The notes: generated by a model not told the origin, from the letters alone. DNA of 31,172 bases from Thainema sp. (GCA_052168235.1 JBQLZK010000071.1:1-31172); one strand, 5' to 3'. Positions 7,426 to 18,123 are shown, counted from the stretch's first letter. Made by a program: numbers and translations.

Positions 7426-10400
7426 ATGAGCCAACCATCCAAGTTATTTCAGTCATTTAAGTCATCTAAACCGCCTGATTTTTCATCGAACAGACAAAAC
7501 TGGTTGGCCAAAATCCCGCTGCGAGTATTGCTGACGGTGCCCTTTGTGATTCAACTAGTCGGCGCAGTTGGCTTAGTTGGTTATTTGTCTTACCGCAGTG
7601 GCCAGCAATCAGTTGCAGATTTGGCGGATCATTTGGTTAAAGAGACGGGTGCGCGCGTTGCCCAAAAGCTCGATAGTTATCTACAAGGGGCACAACAGGT
7701 TAATCAAGCAAGTGTTGCAGCTTTGGAATCTGGCGCAATTCGCCTCGATGATCTCGACCAGCTTCATCGCTATCTGATCTTGCAGCATCGGCACTATCCA
7801 GACATTACCAGTTTTCACTTTGGCAATCCCAACGGTGATTTTCGGCTCATTCATCACTTGGAGCCGTCGGAAGTTGAAGCCGGGCTGACTCAGCTCCAAT
7901 CCACAGACTTACCGTTTGAAGCTGGACAGTCCGATCCAAATCTGCCCAGCCGCTTAAATCTATATGCCATTGATCAAAAAGGGAATCTAGGACGTTTTCT
8001 AGGGTCGCTTGACAACATTGATGTGCGAGAGCGCCCCTGGTATCGTCGCGCGGTTGAGACTAAGCAACCGGGCTGGAGCGAGCCGTTTCAAATTGGGGGG
8101 TCGAATCTGCTGGCCGTCAATGCCTATGCGCCTGCATATGACGCGACCCAGCAGCTACAGGGCGTATTTTCCGTCAATCTCAGTTTTGAGCGTTTGGATC
8201 AATTTCTGGAAACGCTCTCAGTGGGTGAAACTGGGCAGGTCTTTATCTTAGAAAAGAATGGCTTACTGCTGGCTAGTTCAGCCGAAGAACCGGAGTATCT
8301 TACCTCCAGATCTGAACCGTTAGAAACATCCAATGATGCTGCACCCGCGAATCAACCAGGAATCATCCAGTTTCAACGATTGGCGGCATCTGAAAGTTCA
8401 AATCCGCTCATTAAACATGCTGCCCAGCAGTTGAATTTTACCTTTAGTGATCTCAACGCAATTACGTCCACACAAAAGCTCACGTTTCGCGAACAAGGTA
8501 AGCTGCATTATCTTTGCGTGTTTCCGTATCAAGATGCGTATGGCTTGGATTGGCTAGTGGTGACGGTGGTGCCAGAAACTGATTTTATGGCTCAGATTCA
8601 TGCGAATCAGCGCCGAACGATTGGGTTATGCGTGTTGACCTTTGGGTTGGCGTTGGGAACGGGTCTATTAACGGCTCACTGGATTGCGGCTCCGATTCGG
8701 CGGTTACAGCAGGCGGCAGATGCGATCGCACGTGGGCAGTTTGATACACCAATTCCAATAGGTGGCGTTGGCGAAGTGGCTCAGTTAGCTGAGCAGTTTC
8801 AGCGGATGGCTTACCAGCTCAGCATCTTTTTTGAAACGGCTCAGGCGAGCGAGGAAAAATTTGCCAGCCTGCTCGATGATTTACCGATTGGGGTCAGTGT
8901 CCTAGATGCGTCGGGACAACGAGTCTACACGAATTGGGTGGGGCAACAGATGCTGGGGCACAATCTGGATCAAGGCTTACTGACGTTGTCGTTTAATCAG
9001 CTCCTGGATAGGTTTCCGGTCTATGTAGCCGGGACTCAAACCCTTTATCCCAGAGATCAGTTGCCGGTTGTGCGATCGCTACAGGGAGAGTCGGTGACGG
9101 CTGATGATATTGAGATTGAAATCAACGGTCAGCGCATCCCGCTGGAGGTACGAACCATTCCCATTTGGGATGAACAGGGGCAGGTGATTTATATCATCAA
9201 TGTGTTTCAGGATATTACTGAACGTCGTAAGGCGGCTCAGCTACAGGAGCGCTATCAGCGCGATCTGGAACAAGCCCTGGCGCATCAAGCGGAAGCCTTT
9301 TTGCAATCAGAAGCGCGATTTCGGTTTGCGGTGGATCAAATGCCGGATGTGTTTGCACTTTACGATGCGGAACGGCGGTTTCAGTTTGTCAATGCCCAGG
9401 GCATTGAGCAGAGTGGGTTAACTCTGGAGGATCACCTCGGTAAGCGAGATGAAGATCTGTATTCGCCAGAGGTGACGGATGCCTATTTGCCGCTGCTGAA
9501 AACTGCGATCGCAACTCGCTCCATTCAAACAGGGGAATGTACGATTACCTTACCGGATCGGGAACCATTTACCATCATCGTTAAATATGCCCCGCTGCTA
9601 GATAGTAAAGGCAATATTCAGCAAATTTTGGCTCTGACCTACGACATCACGTCGCGTAAACGAGCTGAACAGGCTCTCCAAGACAGTGAAGAGCGGTTCC
9701 GTCAAATTGCTGAAACGATTAACCAAGTTTTTATGGTTCGAGATGCCGACTCAGGTCAGTTTCTCTATATCAGTCCGGCCTATGAAAGCATTTGGGGCCG
9801 AAGCTGCCAGAGCCTGTATCAAGATCCAGAATCCTGGCTAGAGGCGATTCATCCAGACGATTTACCGATTGTGCAACAGTCGCTCCAGCAGCAGTTCAGT
9901 GGTCAACGCACCCACCGCGAATATCGAATTCAGCGTTCCGACGGTACGATTCGCTGGATTCGCGCGGCTATTTCAACTGTGCGAGATGAACAGGGCAATG
10001 TGGTGCGCCATGTCGGTCTGGCTGAAGATATCACTGAGCGTAAACAGGCTGAACTGGCGCTGCAATTCACGACTCAGCAGTTGCAGACATTTTTGAATAA
10101 TGCTCCGGTGATTATCAGCTTGTTTGATGCGGAAGGGCGTTATTTGCAGGTTAATCCAGCTTTTGCAGCCCTCCTTGATCGCTCAGCCGCCGATATTGTA
10201 GGTCAGAAATTTACTGATCTTCATCCTGCCGCTGTTGTCGATCGGTTTCACGCCCGCTTAAAGCAGATCATAGAGAGCGGTTTGCCGCTGCAAGTAGACG
10301 ATGAAATTGTCTTAGATGGCGAGGTTAAAACATTTCAGTCCATCCTGTTTCCGGTCATGGATGAGCAGGGTCTACCTAGCACCTTTTGGGCCATCTCAAC

Positions 10401-12636
10401 GGATATCAGCGATCGCAAACGAACGGAACAGGCTTTGCAGGAAAGCGAAGCCCGCCTTCAGCTGATTACCGATTCACTGCCTGGCTGTATTTCCTACATT
10501 GATGCATCGCAGCGCTATCAGTTTGTCAATCGAGTTTATGAACAGTGGTTTGACCTGCGTAGGGAAGATATTCTGGGCTGTACGGTGGAAGAGATCATTG
10601 GGACAGATGCGTATCAGGTGGTACGCCCTTATCTTGAACGAGCGCAAGCGGGCGAAACGGTAACATTTGAAAATGAATTGTCTGATCAGCCAGGAAAGCC
10701 GCGTTATCTATTTGGGGTTTTTGTGCCGGATCTGGATGCCGAAGGTAAGGTACGGGGAGTTTATGCTCTCATTACGGACATTAGCGATCGCAAGCAGTTT
10801 GAACTGGCGCTGCAAGAGGCGAATGCGCGGCAGCAGGCGATTTTGTCGGGCCTGCCTGATCTGATGTTTGTTGTTGATGCGAATGGCCTCCTATTGGAGA
10901 AAGTGACTCATCGCCCCCAACTGGATCTGTTTGTGCCGGGGGCTGGGAAAATCCAGGACTCAATTTTCTGTGTCGGGTCGCCCGAAAATATCGCCATGAA
11001 GCAGGCTGCCATCCAGCAGGTACTCACGTCTGGAATAACCTATGTCTATGAGCAGCAGGTGGAGCGGGACGGCAAAGCGTGGTATGAAGAAGTGCGCTGT
11101 GTGCCAATGCTGGGCAATCGAGTCCTGTTTATGATTCGTGATATTAGCGATCGCAAACAGGCGGAACTTTTACTTCAGGAAACAAATGCGCGGCAGCAGG
11201 CGATTTTGTCGGTCATGCCGGATCTGATGTACGTTGTGGCGATAGACGGCACGATTTTAGGTCAGGTTACGTTTCGGCCCAAGCGCGATCTATTCCCCGT
11301 TGACCAGTCGATTTCCGACGTCACGATTTTTGATGTTGGCCCACCTGAGATAAGTCGTCGCAAAATGCTGGCGCTGCGTACCGCACTGGCCACCCGAACC
11401 GTGCAGACCTATGAACAGCAGGTCGAAAAAGATGGTGAAACTTGGCACGAAGAAGTGCGCTGTGTGCCGATGCCAAGAGATCGGGTGCTGTTCATGTTCC
11501 GCGATATTAGCGATCGCAAACGGGCCGAGGAAGAACTGAAGCAAAGCGAAGATCGGTTCCGTAAAGCCTTTGACAATGCTCCTATCGGCATGGCGCTGGT
11601 GGCACCGATGACCGGGCGATTTCTGCGCGTCAATCGCGAGCTGCAGCAAATTTTGGGCTATTCCGAAGCGGAACTGCTCCAGCTTTCGTTTCAAGAGATT
11701 ACCCATGTCGATGATCTCAAAGCTGACCTTGACGGACGGCAGCGATTAATTATGGGTAACATTCGGCAATACCAAGTTCAAAAGCGATATATCCATAAGC
11801 AAGGACATATTGTGCGAGTCTTGCTGAGTTCATCGGTGGTGCGCGATCAGGCCGATGACCCGCTGTATTTTGTCACTCATATCTTGGACATCAGCGATCG
11901 CTACCGGATTGACCGGATGAAGGACGAATTTATTTCCATCGTCAGTCATGAACTGCGCACCCCGCTGACGGCAATTCGCGGCTCACTCGGTATTTTGGAA
12001 TCGGGCGTGCTCGATAATGAGCCGGATCAGATTCAAGCCATGCTGAAAATCGCCTCAAACAATAGCGAGCGGCTGGTGCGCTTAGTCAATGACATCTTAG
12101 ATTTAGAGCGGCTGGAATCCGGCAAAGTTGAACTGCTCATGCAAAAGTGTTCAGTTGCGGCGGTTATCCAGGATGCTATTGGAGCCGTCTCTGCGATCGC
12201 AGATGCCAACAGCATCACCCTCTCTGTTTCGCAGGTTGAAGCCAGTCTCTATGCCGCGCCAGATGCGATTGTGCAAACCCTAACCAATTTGCTGAGCAAT
12301 GCCATCAAGTTTTCCGACCCTGGCAGCACCGTCTGGCTAACGGCTGGCCCTGCGGCAGCGGCAATGCCTGATGTGACTAACCCTAGTGCGACCTATTGGC
12401 AATTCTCAGTCCGCGACCAAGGGCGAGGAATTCCGGTGGATAAACGAGATATAATCTTTCAGCGCTTTCAGCAGATTGATGTATCTGATGCGCGGCAAAA
12501 AGGTGGTACAGGTTTAGGCTTAACGATTTGCCAGACCATTATTCGGCAGCATGGCGGGCAAATTTGGATTGAGAGTGAAGTAGGCCAGGGTAGTATCTTT
12601 TGCTTTACAATCCCTTGCTGGAGGAACGAAGTGTGA
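7426..12636 (+). CDS. Membrane sensor histidine kinase: Cache-HAMP-multiple PAS/PAC-HisKA-HATPase
   Basis: Two TM segments, Cache RPWY motif, HAMP, about eight PAS/PAC units ending DI(T/S)xRK, SHELRTPLT, NLLSNAIKF, DQGRGI and GGTGLGL. Start at ATG 7426 preferred. Confidence 0.93.
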   Translation: MSQPSKLFQSFKSSKPPDFSSNRQNWLAKIPLRVLLTVPFVIQLVGAVGLVGYLSYRSGQQSVADLADHLVKETGARVAQKLDSYLQGAQQVNQASVAALESGAIRLDDLDQLHRYLILQHRHYPDITSFHFGNPNGDFRLIHHLEPSEVEAGLTQLQSTDLPFEAGQSDPNLPSRLNLYAIDQKGNLGRFLGSLDNIDVRERPWYRRAVETKQPGWSEPFQIGGSNLLAVNAYAPAYDATQQLQGVFSVNLSFERLDQFLETLSVGETGQVFILEKNGLLLASSAEEPEYLTSRSEPLETSNDAAPANQPGIIQFQRLAASESSNPLIKHAAQQLNFTFSDLNAITSTQKLTFREQGKLHYLCVFPYQDAYGLDWLVVTVVPETDFMAQIHANQRRTIGLCVLTFGLALGTGLLTAHWIAAPIRRLQQAADAIARGQFDTPIPIGGVGEVAQLAEQFQRMAYQLSIFFETAQASEEKFASLLDDLPIGVSVLDASGQRVYTNWVGQQMLGHNLDQGLLTLSFNQLLDRFPVYVAGTQTLYPRDQLPVVRSLQGESVTADDIEIEINGQRIPLEVRTIPIWDEQGQVIYIINVFQDITERRKAAQLQERYQRDLEQALAHQAEAFLQSEARFRFAVDQMPDVFALYDAERRFQFVNAQGIEQSGLTLEDHLGKRDEDLYSPEVTDAYLPLLKTAIATRSIQTGECTITLPDREPFTIIVKYAPLLDSKGNIQQILALTYDITSRKRAEQALQDSEERFRQIAETINQVFMVRDADSGQFLYISPAYESIWGRSCQSLYQDPESWLEAIHPDDLPIVQQSLQQQFSGQRTHREYRIQRSDGTIRWIRAAISTVRDEQGNVVRHVGLAEDITERKQAELALQFTTQQLQTFLNNAPVIISLFDAEGRYLQVNPAFAALLDRSAADIVGQKFTDLHPAAVVDRFHARLKQIIESGLPLQVDDEIVLDGEVKTFQSILFPVMDEQGLPSTFWAISTDISDRKRTEQALQESEARLQLITDSLPGCISYIDASQRYQFVNRVYEQWFDLRREDILGCTVEEIIGTDAYQVVRPYLERAQAGETVTFENELSDQPGKPRYLFGVFVPDLDAEGKVRGVYALITDISDRKQFELALQEANARQQAILSGLPDLMFVVDANGLLLEKVTHRPQLDLFVPGAGKIQDSIFCVGSPENIAMKQAAIQQVLTSGITYVYEQQVERDGKAWYEEVRCVPMLGNRVLFMIRDISDRKQAELLLQETNARQQAILSVMPDLMYVVAIDGTILGQVTFRPKRDLFPVDQSISDVTIFDVGPPEISRRKMLALRTALATRTVQTYEQQVEKDGETWHEEVRCVPMPRDRVLFMFRDISDRKRAEEELKQSEDRFRKAFDNAPIGMALVAPMTGRFLRVNRELQQILGYSEAELLQLSFQEITHVDDLKADLDGRQRLIMGNIRQYQVQKRYIHKQGHIVRVLLSSSVVRDQADDPLYFVTHILDISDRYRIDRMKDEFISIVSHELRTPLTAIRGSLGILESGVLDNEPDQIQAMLKIASNNSERLVRLVNDILDLERLESGKVELLMQKCSVAAVIQDAIGAVSAIADANSITLSVSQVEASLYAAPDAIVQTLTNLLSNAIKFSDPGSTVWLTAGPAAAAMPDVTNPSATYWQFSVRDQGRGIPVDKRDIIFQRFQQIDVSDARQKGGTGLGLTICQTIIRQHGGQIWIESEVGQGSIFCFTIPCWRNEV

Positions 12637-13004
12637 CGAAGCGCATTCTTGTCATTGATGATGAACCCAATATTCATACCATTGTCAAAATCTCGTTAGA
12701 AAAATTTGCGGGTTGGTATGTACTGACGGCATCCTCGGCTATGGAAGGGCTGCAAATTGCCCAGTCTGAAAGCCTGGATGCCATTTTGCTGGATGTTTCG
12801 ATGCCCAATATCGATGGCTTACAGTGTTTTGAAAAACTGCGATCGCAACCCAGTACCGAAACCATTCCCGTGATTTTGCTAACGGCTAAAGTACTGCCCA
12901 GCGATCGCAAACGGTTTGACCAACTCGGCGTCGATGGTGTGCTTGCCAAACCATTTAACCCGATGACGGTCTGGCAAGACGTTGCCACACTCCTCAACTG
13001 GTAA
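12633..13004 (+). CDS. Single-domain response regulator (CheY-like)
   Basis: ILVIDDE..LLDVSMP..LTAK..KPF. The GTG start overlaps the kinase stop codon (GTGA). Confidence 0.92.
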   Translation: MTKRILVIDDEPNIHTIVKISLEKFAGWYVLTASSAMEGLQIAQSESLDAILLDVSMPNIDGLQCFEKLRSQPSTETIPVILLTAKVLPSDRKRFDQLGVDGVLAKPFNPMTVWQDVATLLNW

Positions 13005-13163
13005 AATTACTGGCTGGGAATCACTGCATGTAAGGTTTATATGAGTTCCTTATAAACGCTTTATCTAGCCAGCGTAAGATAAGAGTTGACTGGGCTAACT
13101 GACAAATTTTCTAGGTAAGATGCAAGTCGCTTAGCCAGATTATCCCCCCTATGCTGTACGGCT

Positions 13164-13586
13164 ATGGCACAAAAACTTATTCTACTGATCGATCATGAGT
13201 CTTCAGTACGAACAGTGCTTCAGGTTTGTCTGAGTCAACTGGGGGGATGGGATGTACTCTCTGTTTCCTCCTTAGAGTCTGGGCTGGCCACGCTAGGTAA
13301 TCGGCAACCGGACGCGATCTTACTGGATTCACCCATTTTAGAAGTGAATGCGCAGTCCTTCATGCACAAGATTCGGCAGCGTATTGCCCCCTCTGTACCG
13401 ATTTTACTGATTACCGCTAGAGCCAAGTGGTTTAGCTCCCAGCAGTTAAACGAGATGGGGGTAAAAGGGGCAATCGTGAAGCCGTTTAATCCGATTGCGC
13501 TGCCAGCGCAGGTGGCGGCGCTGCTTAATTGGAATACTGACGCTGACTGCACGAGCGCCAGCTTGAATATGGCTAAGAGACCATAG
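13164..13586 (+). CDS. Single-domain response regulator (atypical acidic pocket DHE)
   Basis: LLIDHE..ILLDSP..ITAR..KPFNP; paralogous to the preceding regulator. Confidence 0.85.
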   Translation: MAQKLILLIDHESSVRTVLQVCLSQLGGWDVLSVSSLESGLATLGNRQPDAILLDSPILEVNAQSFMHKIRQRIAPSVPILLITARAKWFSSQQLNEMGVKGAIVKPFNPIALPAQVAALLNWNTDADCTSASLNMAKRP

Positions 13587-13606
13587 GTAATCATGTACAG
13601 CAATCT

Positions 13607-13666
13607 TAAATTGATTGTGAACAGGCCGCCCCAATGCAATGGAGCGACCTGTTCACAATCAATTTA
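13607..13666. terminator. Long hairpin after the signalling cluster
   Basis: Perfect 19-bp arms TAAATTGATTGTGAACAGG / CCTGTTCACAATCAATTTA plus an inner imperfect stem. Confidence 0.6.
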
Positions 13667-14458
13667 GTTCACCCGCTATTGAATAGAGCTACGTAAACAA
13701 ATCGTGTATAAAAGGCACTGAAATAGTGCAGTTAAGCTGATTAGCTGAATATAAATTTCTTATATACCCCTTAGTTTTGCTTGTTATACCTATATTGGGT
13801 TAAGCAATTTAATCTAAACGACCAGCAACAGTTGCGAGGCGATGTCATCACCTCGCATTTTTGTAGGACTGACGTGACGGTAGCGCTACATGTTTTATCA
13901 CTACTACCAAGCTACAAGGTTTTTGAGCGATTTTATAGTGATGAATGTCAATCAAAAACTATGCTTTTGAAACCTTTGAAGGCTGCCATTAAAATTTTTT
14001 GAGAGTAAATATTCCAAAAGTAGTAGTTTTACTGAAAAACTGCAATTTGGCTATAGCTTAAATAAAATTGCTACAAAGTCATTGCTTGTGTCTAGTGAAT
14101 TTTATGTAAAGAGTCCGTAGAGTTACTGATTCAAAGAGTTGCTCTCAGTAAGGTTAAGACTAGCCATTGTGAGATTAGTCATTAAAGGCATAAACATGAT
14201 TTAACTCAGAATTTTGAATTGTGCAAAAGCGCAATGTCAAAGATTCTGGTGCTGCATTAGTCATGGCGAAGTGATAGCGATAACGCTTTCTCTGAATCCG
14301 ATTTAGGGTGCGGATTGATGGAATTCAAGACAGTTTGGGGTTGCCTTAAAGGGTAGCCACAGAGTTTGGTGTCAATTTTTTGATGAATCCTGATTCTAAC
14401 CAGAATTGGGAACCTAGCTGAACTTTAGATGTAAACCTTACTCTTAGGATTGAGATTG

Positions 14459-15796
14459 ATGGTTGATTCTCCACCTAGAGCTTCTACAGTTAAACCGATT
14501 CATTCTTCTCCAAAAGTTGACTACAAATTATCTGCTTTACAGCCTCGTCCTCATCCATTACAGCGCCTTCTAATTGGTGGTTTTTGTGTTTCATGTGGTT
14601 TATTCGCAGTAGCAATTGGAGCCGCTTCAATTACGTATCGTTTAGCTCATTTAAGTGTTGAAAATGGTCTGGTCAATGGTCGAACTGTGCGAGTACAAGC
14701 GTCTGCTGACGGTATTATCAAAGACTTCTATGCCAGCCCAGGTGCCCGAGTGCGAGCGGGGCAAACTCTAGCGCAGCTCGAACCGGTTTTAGATAATCAA
14801 AGCGAAAGTTTGCTACCCCAAGCCCAGCAAGCGAATCAAAGCACAGCGACTCAGCTCGCTTCAGCTCAGCAAACGCTCAGTTTGCTAACTGAGCAGCTCC
14901 AGACGTTAGACCGTCAAGCAGAAGTGCTGCAAACGGCTACAACCACCATTGCGGCTGAAAATGTGAACCATTCTAGGGCAGCTCTAGAGTCTGCGATCGC
15001 ACAAGAGGCGGCAGCTCGATCGGAATATGAGCGCTTTCGGTTTCTTTTGCAGGAAGGTGCCGTATCTGAGCAGCAGGTTGATGAGCTAGAGGCCGATTGG
15101 CGTTCGGCTCAGTCGGCTGTGCAGCAGGCCAGTTCAGAAAGGAACGTTGCTCAAGTCACTCGCGATGCCCTGAATCAGCAGGCTCCGATTCAGTCTAATA
15201 CTCAGGATCTGCGATCGCAACGGCGGCGGTTGCTGCAAGACATCCAAGCTCAGACAGCCCATATCAAAACCCTGGAGTTAGAGCTGCAAGGCCAACAGCA
15301 ACAGTTGCAGCAGCTACAGATGCAAAATAGCGTGGTGCCGCTGGTTAAAGTTACGGCACCGTTTAACGGCGTGATTTATAGCACCCATCACGATGTTGGT
15401 GAGCAAGTGAATCGCCCAACCACTTTGCTGTCTGTCTTAGACTGTAACGACCTTTGGGTGGAAGCATTAATGAGCCTGGAGCAGTCGAGAAAGATTGATG
15501 CCAATCAGCCCGTGCGGATGCAGATTGCTGGCTATCCCGAGACACTGGTGGGCGATGTTGACCTGATCACAGCCATCCGGGCGGGAGATTTACCCCAGGC
15601 TCGATCAAAGGCTCTGATTCCGGCTGTTTCGCCCGATCTGGTGGATCAGCCTTTGGCTCGGGTACGCGTCAACATTCCACCGATGCCAGATCAAGAACAG
15701 GCTCATCAGTTCTGCGGCCTCGGCCAGTCAGTGAACCTCACCTTTGGCACGCAGTCATCCATGCCAGCATTTTTGAGTCGCTTGATTGGTCGCTAA
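14459..15796 (+). CDS. HlyD/MFP family protein, Alg44-like (no PilZ domain)
   Basis: N-terminal TM, lipoyl half-motifs (VQASADGII; VTAPFNGVI) and long coiled coil; directly upstream of an Alg8-like gene. Confidence 0.8.
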   Translation: MVDSPPRASTVKPIHSSPKVDYKLSALQPRPHPLQRLLIGGFCVSCGLFAVAIGAASITYRLAHLSVENGLVNGRTVRVQASADGIIKDFYASPGARVRAGQTLAQLEPVLDNQSESLLPQAQQANQSTATQLASAQQTLSLLTEQLQTLDRQAEVLQTATTTIAAENVNHSRAALESAIAQEAAARSEYERFRFLLQEGAVSEQQVDELEADWRSAQSAVQQASSERNVAQVTRDALNQQAPIQSNTQDLRSQRRRLLQDIQAQTAHIKTLELELQGQQQQLQQLQMQNSVVPLVKVTAPFNGVIYSTHHDVGEQVNRPTTLLSVLDCNDLWVEALMSLEQSRKIDANQPVRMQIAGYPETLVGDVDLITAIRAGDLPQARSKALIPAVSPDLVDQPLARVRVNIPPMPDQEQAHQFCGLGQSVNLTFGTQSSMPAFLSRLIGR

Positions 15797-15830
15797 TCTG
15801 CTTCTACCCTTTAAGTTCCTGGAAAAATAT

Positions 15831-17924
15831 ATGACAGTCTCTTCATCTCGACCAGCCCTTAGCTCGCCGCGATCGCCTTCGGTAATATTGGGTTGGGTTC
15901 TTTTTCTTTTCTTTTCTCTCTGTGGCTTCATTGGCCTACATCTTCTCCAGCAGTCGAAAGATTTAGCATTTTGGAATATCACGGGTCTAGTTGGTCTGGG
16001 TATAGTCGGCATCTGGCGCTGGTCTTGGTTCCTGTTCCGCATGTGCCGTGCCCGCTACTACATGCACTGGGTGTTTCCCCGTTGGCGTCGCCTCGCCGAT
16101 CAGATACCCGTTGAAGATCTGCCCCACATGTGTTTTCTCGTGCCGACCTATAAAGAGAAACCTTGGATTACGGAGCGGGTTTTTTGTGCGATCGCAGATG
16201 AAGCGAAGACGCTGGCTCAACCGATTACAGTCTTAGTCAACAGCAGTAGTGACGAAGAGAATGCCGCGATTCAAGCCATTCTGGAGCGCGAAGATCCGGG
16301 TCTGCAATCGATTCATTTGATTTTAATGACCCAAAAGGACGGCAAACGCAAGGCAATGGCCGACGCCCTGCGAGAACTTGCGACACTCGACCTGCCTGCT
16401 GATACCGTGATCGCCTTGATGGACGGGGATTCCGAGCTAATGCCGGGTACACTGCGCCGCTGTCTGCCCTTCTTTCGTCTCTTTCCCAAGATGGGCGCAC
16501 TGACAACGGATGAAATGCCGATTGTGCAAGGCTCGTACGTATTCTCAGAGTGGTTCCATTTGCGCTTTGCCCAACGTCACATGCAGATGTGTTCCGATTC
16601 CCTGTCTCACAAGGTTATGTGTTTGACGGGTCGCTTTTCCTTATTTAGAGCAGAAGCGGCGCTCCAGCCTTCCTTTGCTGCCCAGCTTGAGCAGGACTTT
16701 CTGGATGATTGGCTGTGGGGCCGCTTCCAGTTCCTATCGGGTGATGATAAAAGCACTTGGTACTGGCTGCTGCGCCATCGGTATGACATGCTCTATGTCC
16801 CAGACGCCATCGTCAACTCGATTGAAACCTTATCCGGTTCTGTAATTACCCGCGCCTATAACAATATGCGCCGCTGGTATGGCAACATGCTGCGCAACAA
16901 CGGACGTGCGATCGCGCTTAGCCCCAGAACCACAGGCTGGTTTATTTGGTACAGCCTAATTGATCAGCGCACCAACTTTTGGTTTTGCCTGATTACCCCC
17001 AGCTTCCTGATCCTTTCTATCTTGCAGGGACATTGGCAAGCCGCAGGCATTGTCCTCTGCTGGGTTCTCTTTAGCCGTCCACTGGTCTTAATCTTTATCT
17101 TCCTGGGCCGTAGTTCTGTCCTAAAGCCAATTCATTTTCCGCTGCTGCTGTTTTCGCAATGGGGCGGTTCTTTGGTGAAAATTTGGACTCAGATGAATCT
17201 AGCTCAGCAGAAATGGACGAATCGCGGATCACAAAGCATCACGGCTGCGGGTACAGGAATCGAACGGGTGATGAAGCTCGGCACGTCGCGTTTCCTGCTC
17301 TTTATTCAGTATTTTACGTTTGGTGTCTTGCTGTGCTGGTTAGCTGGCTATCTCGATCCATCGTGGGATTTAGCTGGTCTCCATTTGAATCGTCAGACTG
17401 CCCAAGCTAGCAGCGAAGTTCAAGTCATAGATGCGATTGAGCATGGAGTGTGGCCGAATGATGGTCAAGACGATGGTGCTGCATTGCAGACACTCATTGA
17501 TGATTTGCCATCTCAGACTCCGGTTGAGCTGCGCTTACCGATTGGTCAACTCGATATGATGCAGCCCGTTCAGATTCATCGCAGTCACGTCAGGTTAACG
17601 GGTGAAGGCCCCAATCGCACGGTACTGCAAGCAAATCTTGACCAATCTTCTGCAAGGGCTATCCTACAAGTTGCTCCGAACCAGTCAGACAGTGCAACCT
17701 CGCCAACGGCTCTAGAGCAGGTTCATTTACGCGGATTTTCGCTGCGATCGGCTAAGAACTCACCCTCATCTGCCGAAGTTGATGGCATTCGGCTGGAACA
17801 GGTAACTAACAGTTCGTTGACCGATTTAGACATTGATGCGGGTCGCCGCCAACCGTTTGTATTAGAACAAACTCAGGATGTCAAAGTGGAGCATGTTGTT
17901 GTTCCAGAACAGTCCGATTTGTAG
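15831..17924 (+). CDS. Alg8-like GT2 polysaccharide synthase with C-terminal pectate-lyase-3-like beta-helix
   Basis: GKR, MDGDS, LRFAQRH.QMCS..LS..V..LTGRFSLFRA, GRFQFLSGDDKSTW and MRRWYGNMLRNN resemble Alg8. C-terminus HGVWPNDGQDDGAALQ..LTGEGPNRTVL. Confidence 0.85.
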   Translation: MTVSSSRPALSSPRSPSVILGWVLFLFFSLCGFIGLHLLQQSKDLAFWNITGLVGLGIVGIWRWSWFLFRMCRARYYMHWVFPRWRRLADQIPVEDLPHMCFLVPTYKEKPWITERVFCAIADEAKTLAQPITVLVNSSSDEENAAIQAILEREDPGLQSIHLILMTQKDGKRKAMADALRELATLDLPADTVIALMDGDSELMPGTLRRCLPFFRLFPKMGALTTDEMPIVQGSYVFSEWFHLRFAQRHMQMCSDSLSHKVMCLTGRFSLFRAEAALQPSFAAQLEQDFLDDWLWGRFQFLSGDDKSTWYWLLRHRYDMLYVPDAIVNSIETLSGSVITRAYNNMRRWYGNMLRNNGRAIALSPRTTGWFIWYSLIDQRTNFWFCLITPSFLILSILQGHWQAAGIVLCWVLFSRPLVLIFIFLGRSSVLKPIHFPLLLFSQWGGSLVKIWTQMNLAQQKWTNRGSQSITAAGTGIERVMKLGTSRFLLFIQYFTFGVLLCWLAGYLDPSWDLAGLHLNRQTAQASSEVQVIDAIEHGVWPNDGQDDGAALQTLIDDLPSQTPVELRLPIGQLDMMQPVQIHRSHVRLTGEGPNRTVLQANLDQSSARAILQVAPNQSDSATSPTALEQVHLRGFSLRSAKNSPSSAEVDGIRLEQVTNSSLTDLDIDAGRRQPFVLEQTQDVKVEHVVVPEQSDL

Positions 17925-18118
17925 AGACACAGTATTGCCCTGTATGTATCTAGCGCAGTTATACGATCCCCCGCTGTCGCCGCCCCCTTAAAAAAGGGGC
18001 TATGCCAACGCTAGTTCCAAGTCCCCCTTTTTCTAGGCGAAGCCATACCCGAAGGGCTATAGGGGGATCTTGCAGAGTATCTACGCTAAACGCGGACACG
18101 GCATTGCCGTGTCCCTAC
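17921..18118. repeat. Composite nested REP-like repeat between convergent genes
   Basis: GTAG-type palindromic ends (GGACACGGCATTGCCGTGTCCCTAC at 18094-18118) and an inner GATCCCCC..CCCCCTTAAAAAAGGGG..CCCCCTTTTT..GGGGGATC related to 1368-1444. Confidence 0.75.
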
Positions 18119-18123
18119 TGTTC

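Noticed and set aside
13781..14002. 73-aa ORF in the intergenic region
   Set aside because: TTG start, no recognisable motif, AT-rich promoter-like DNA.
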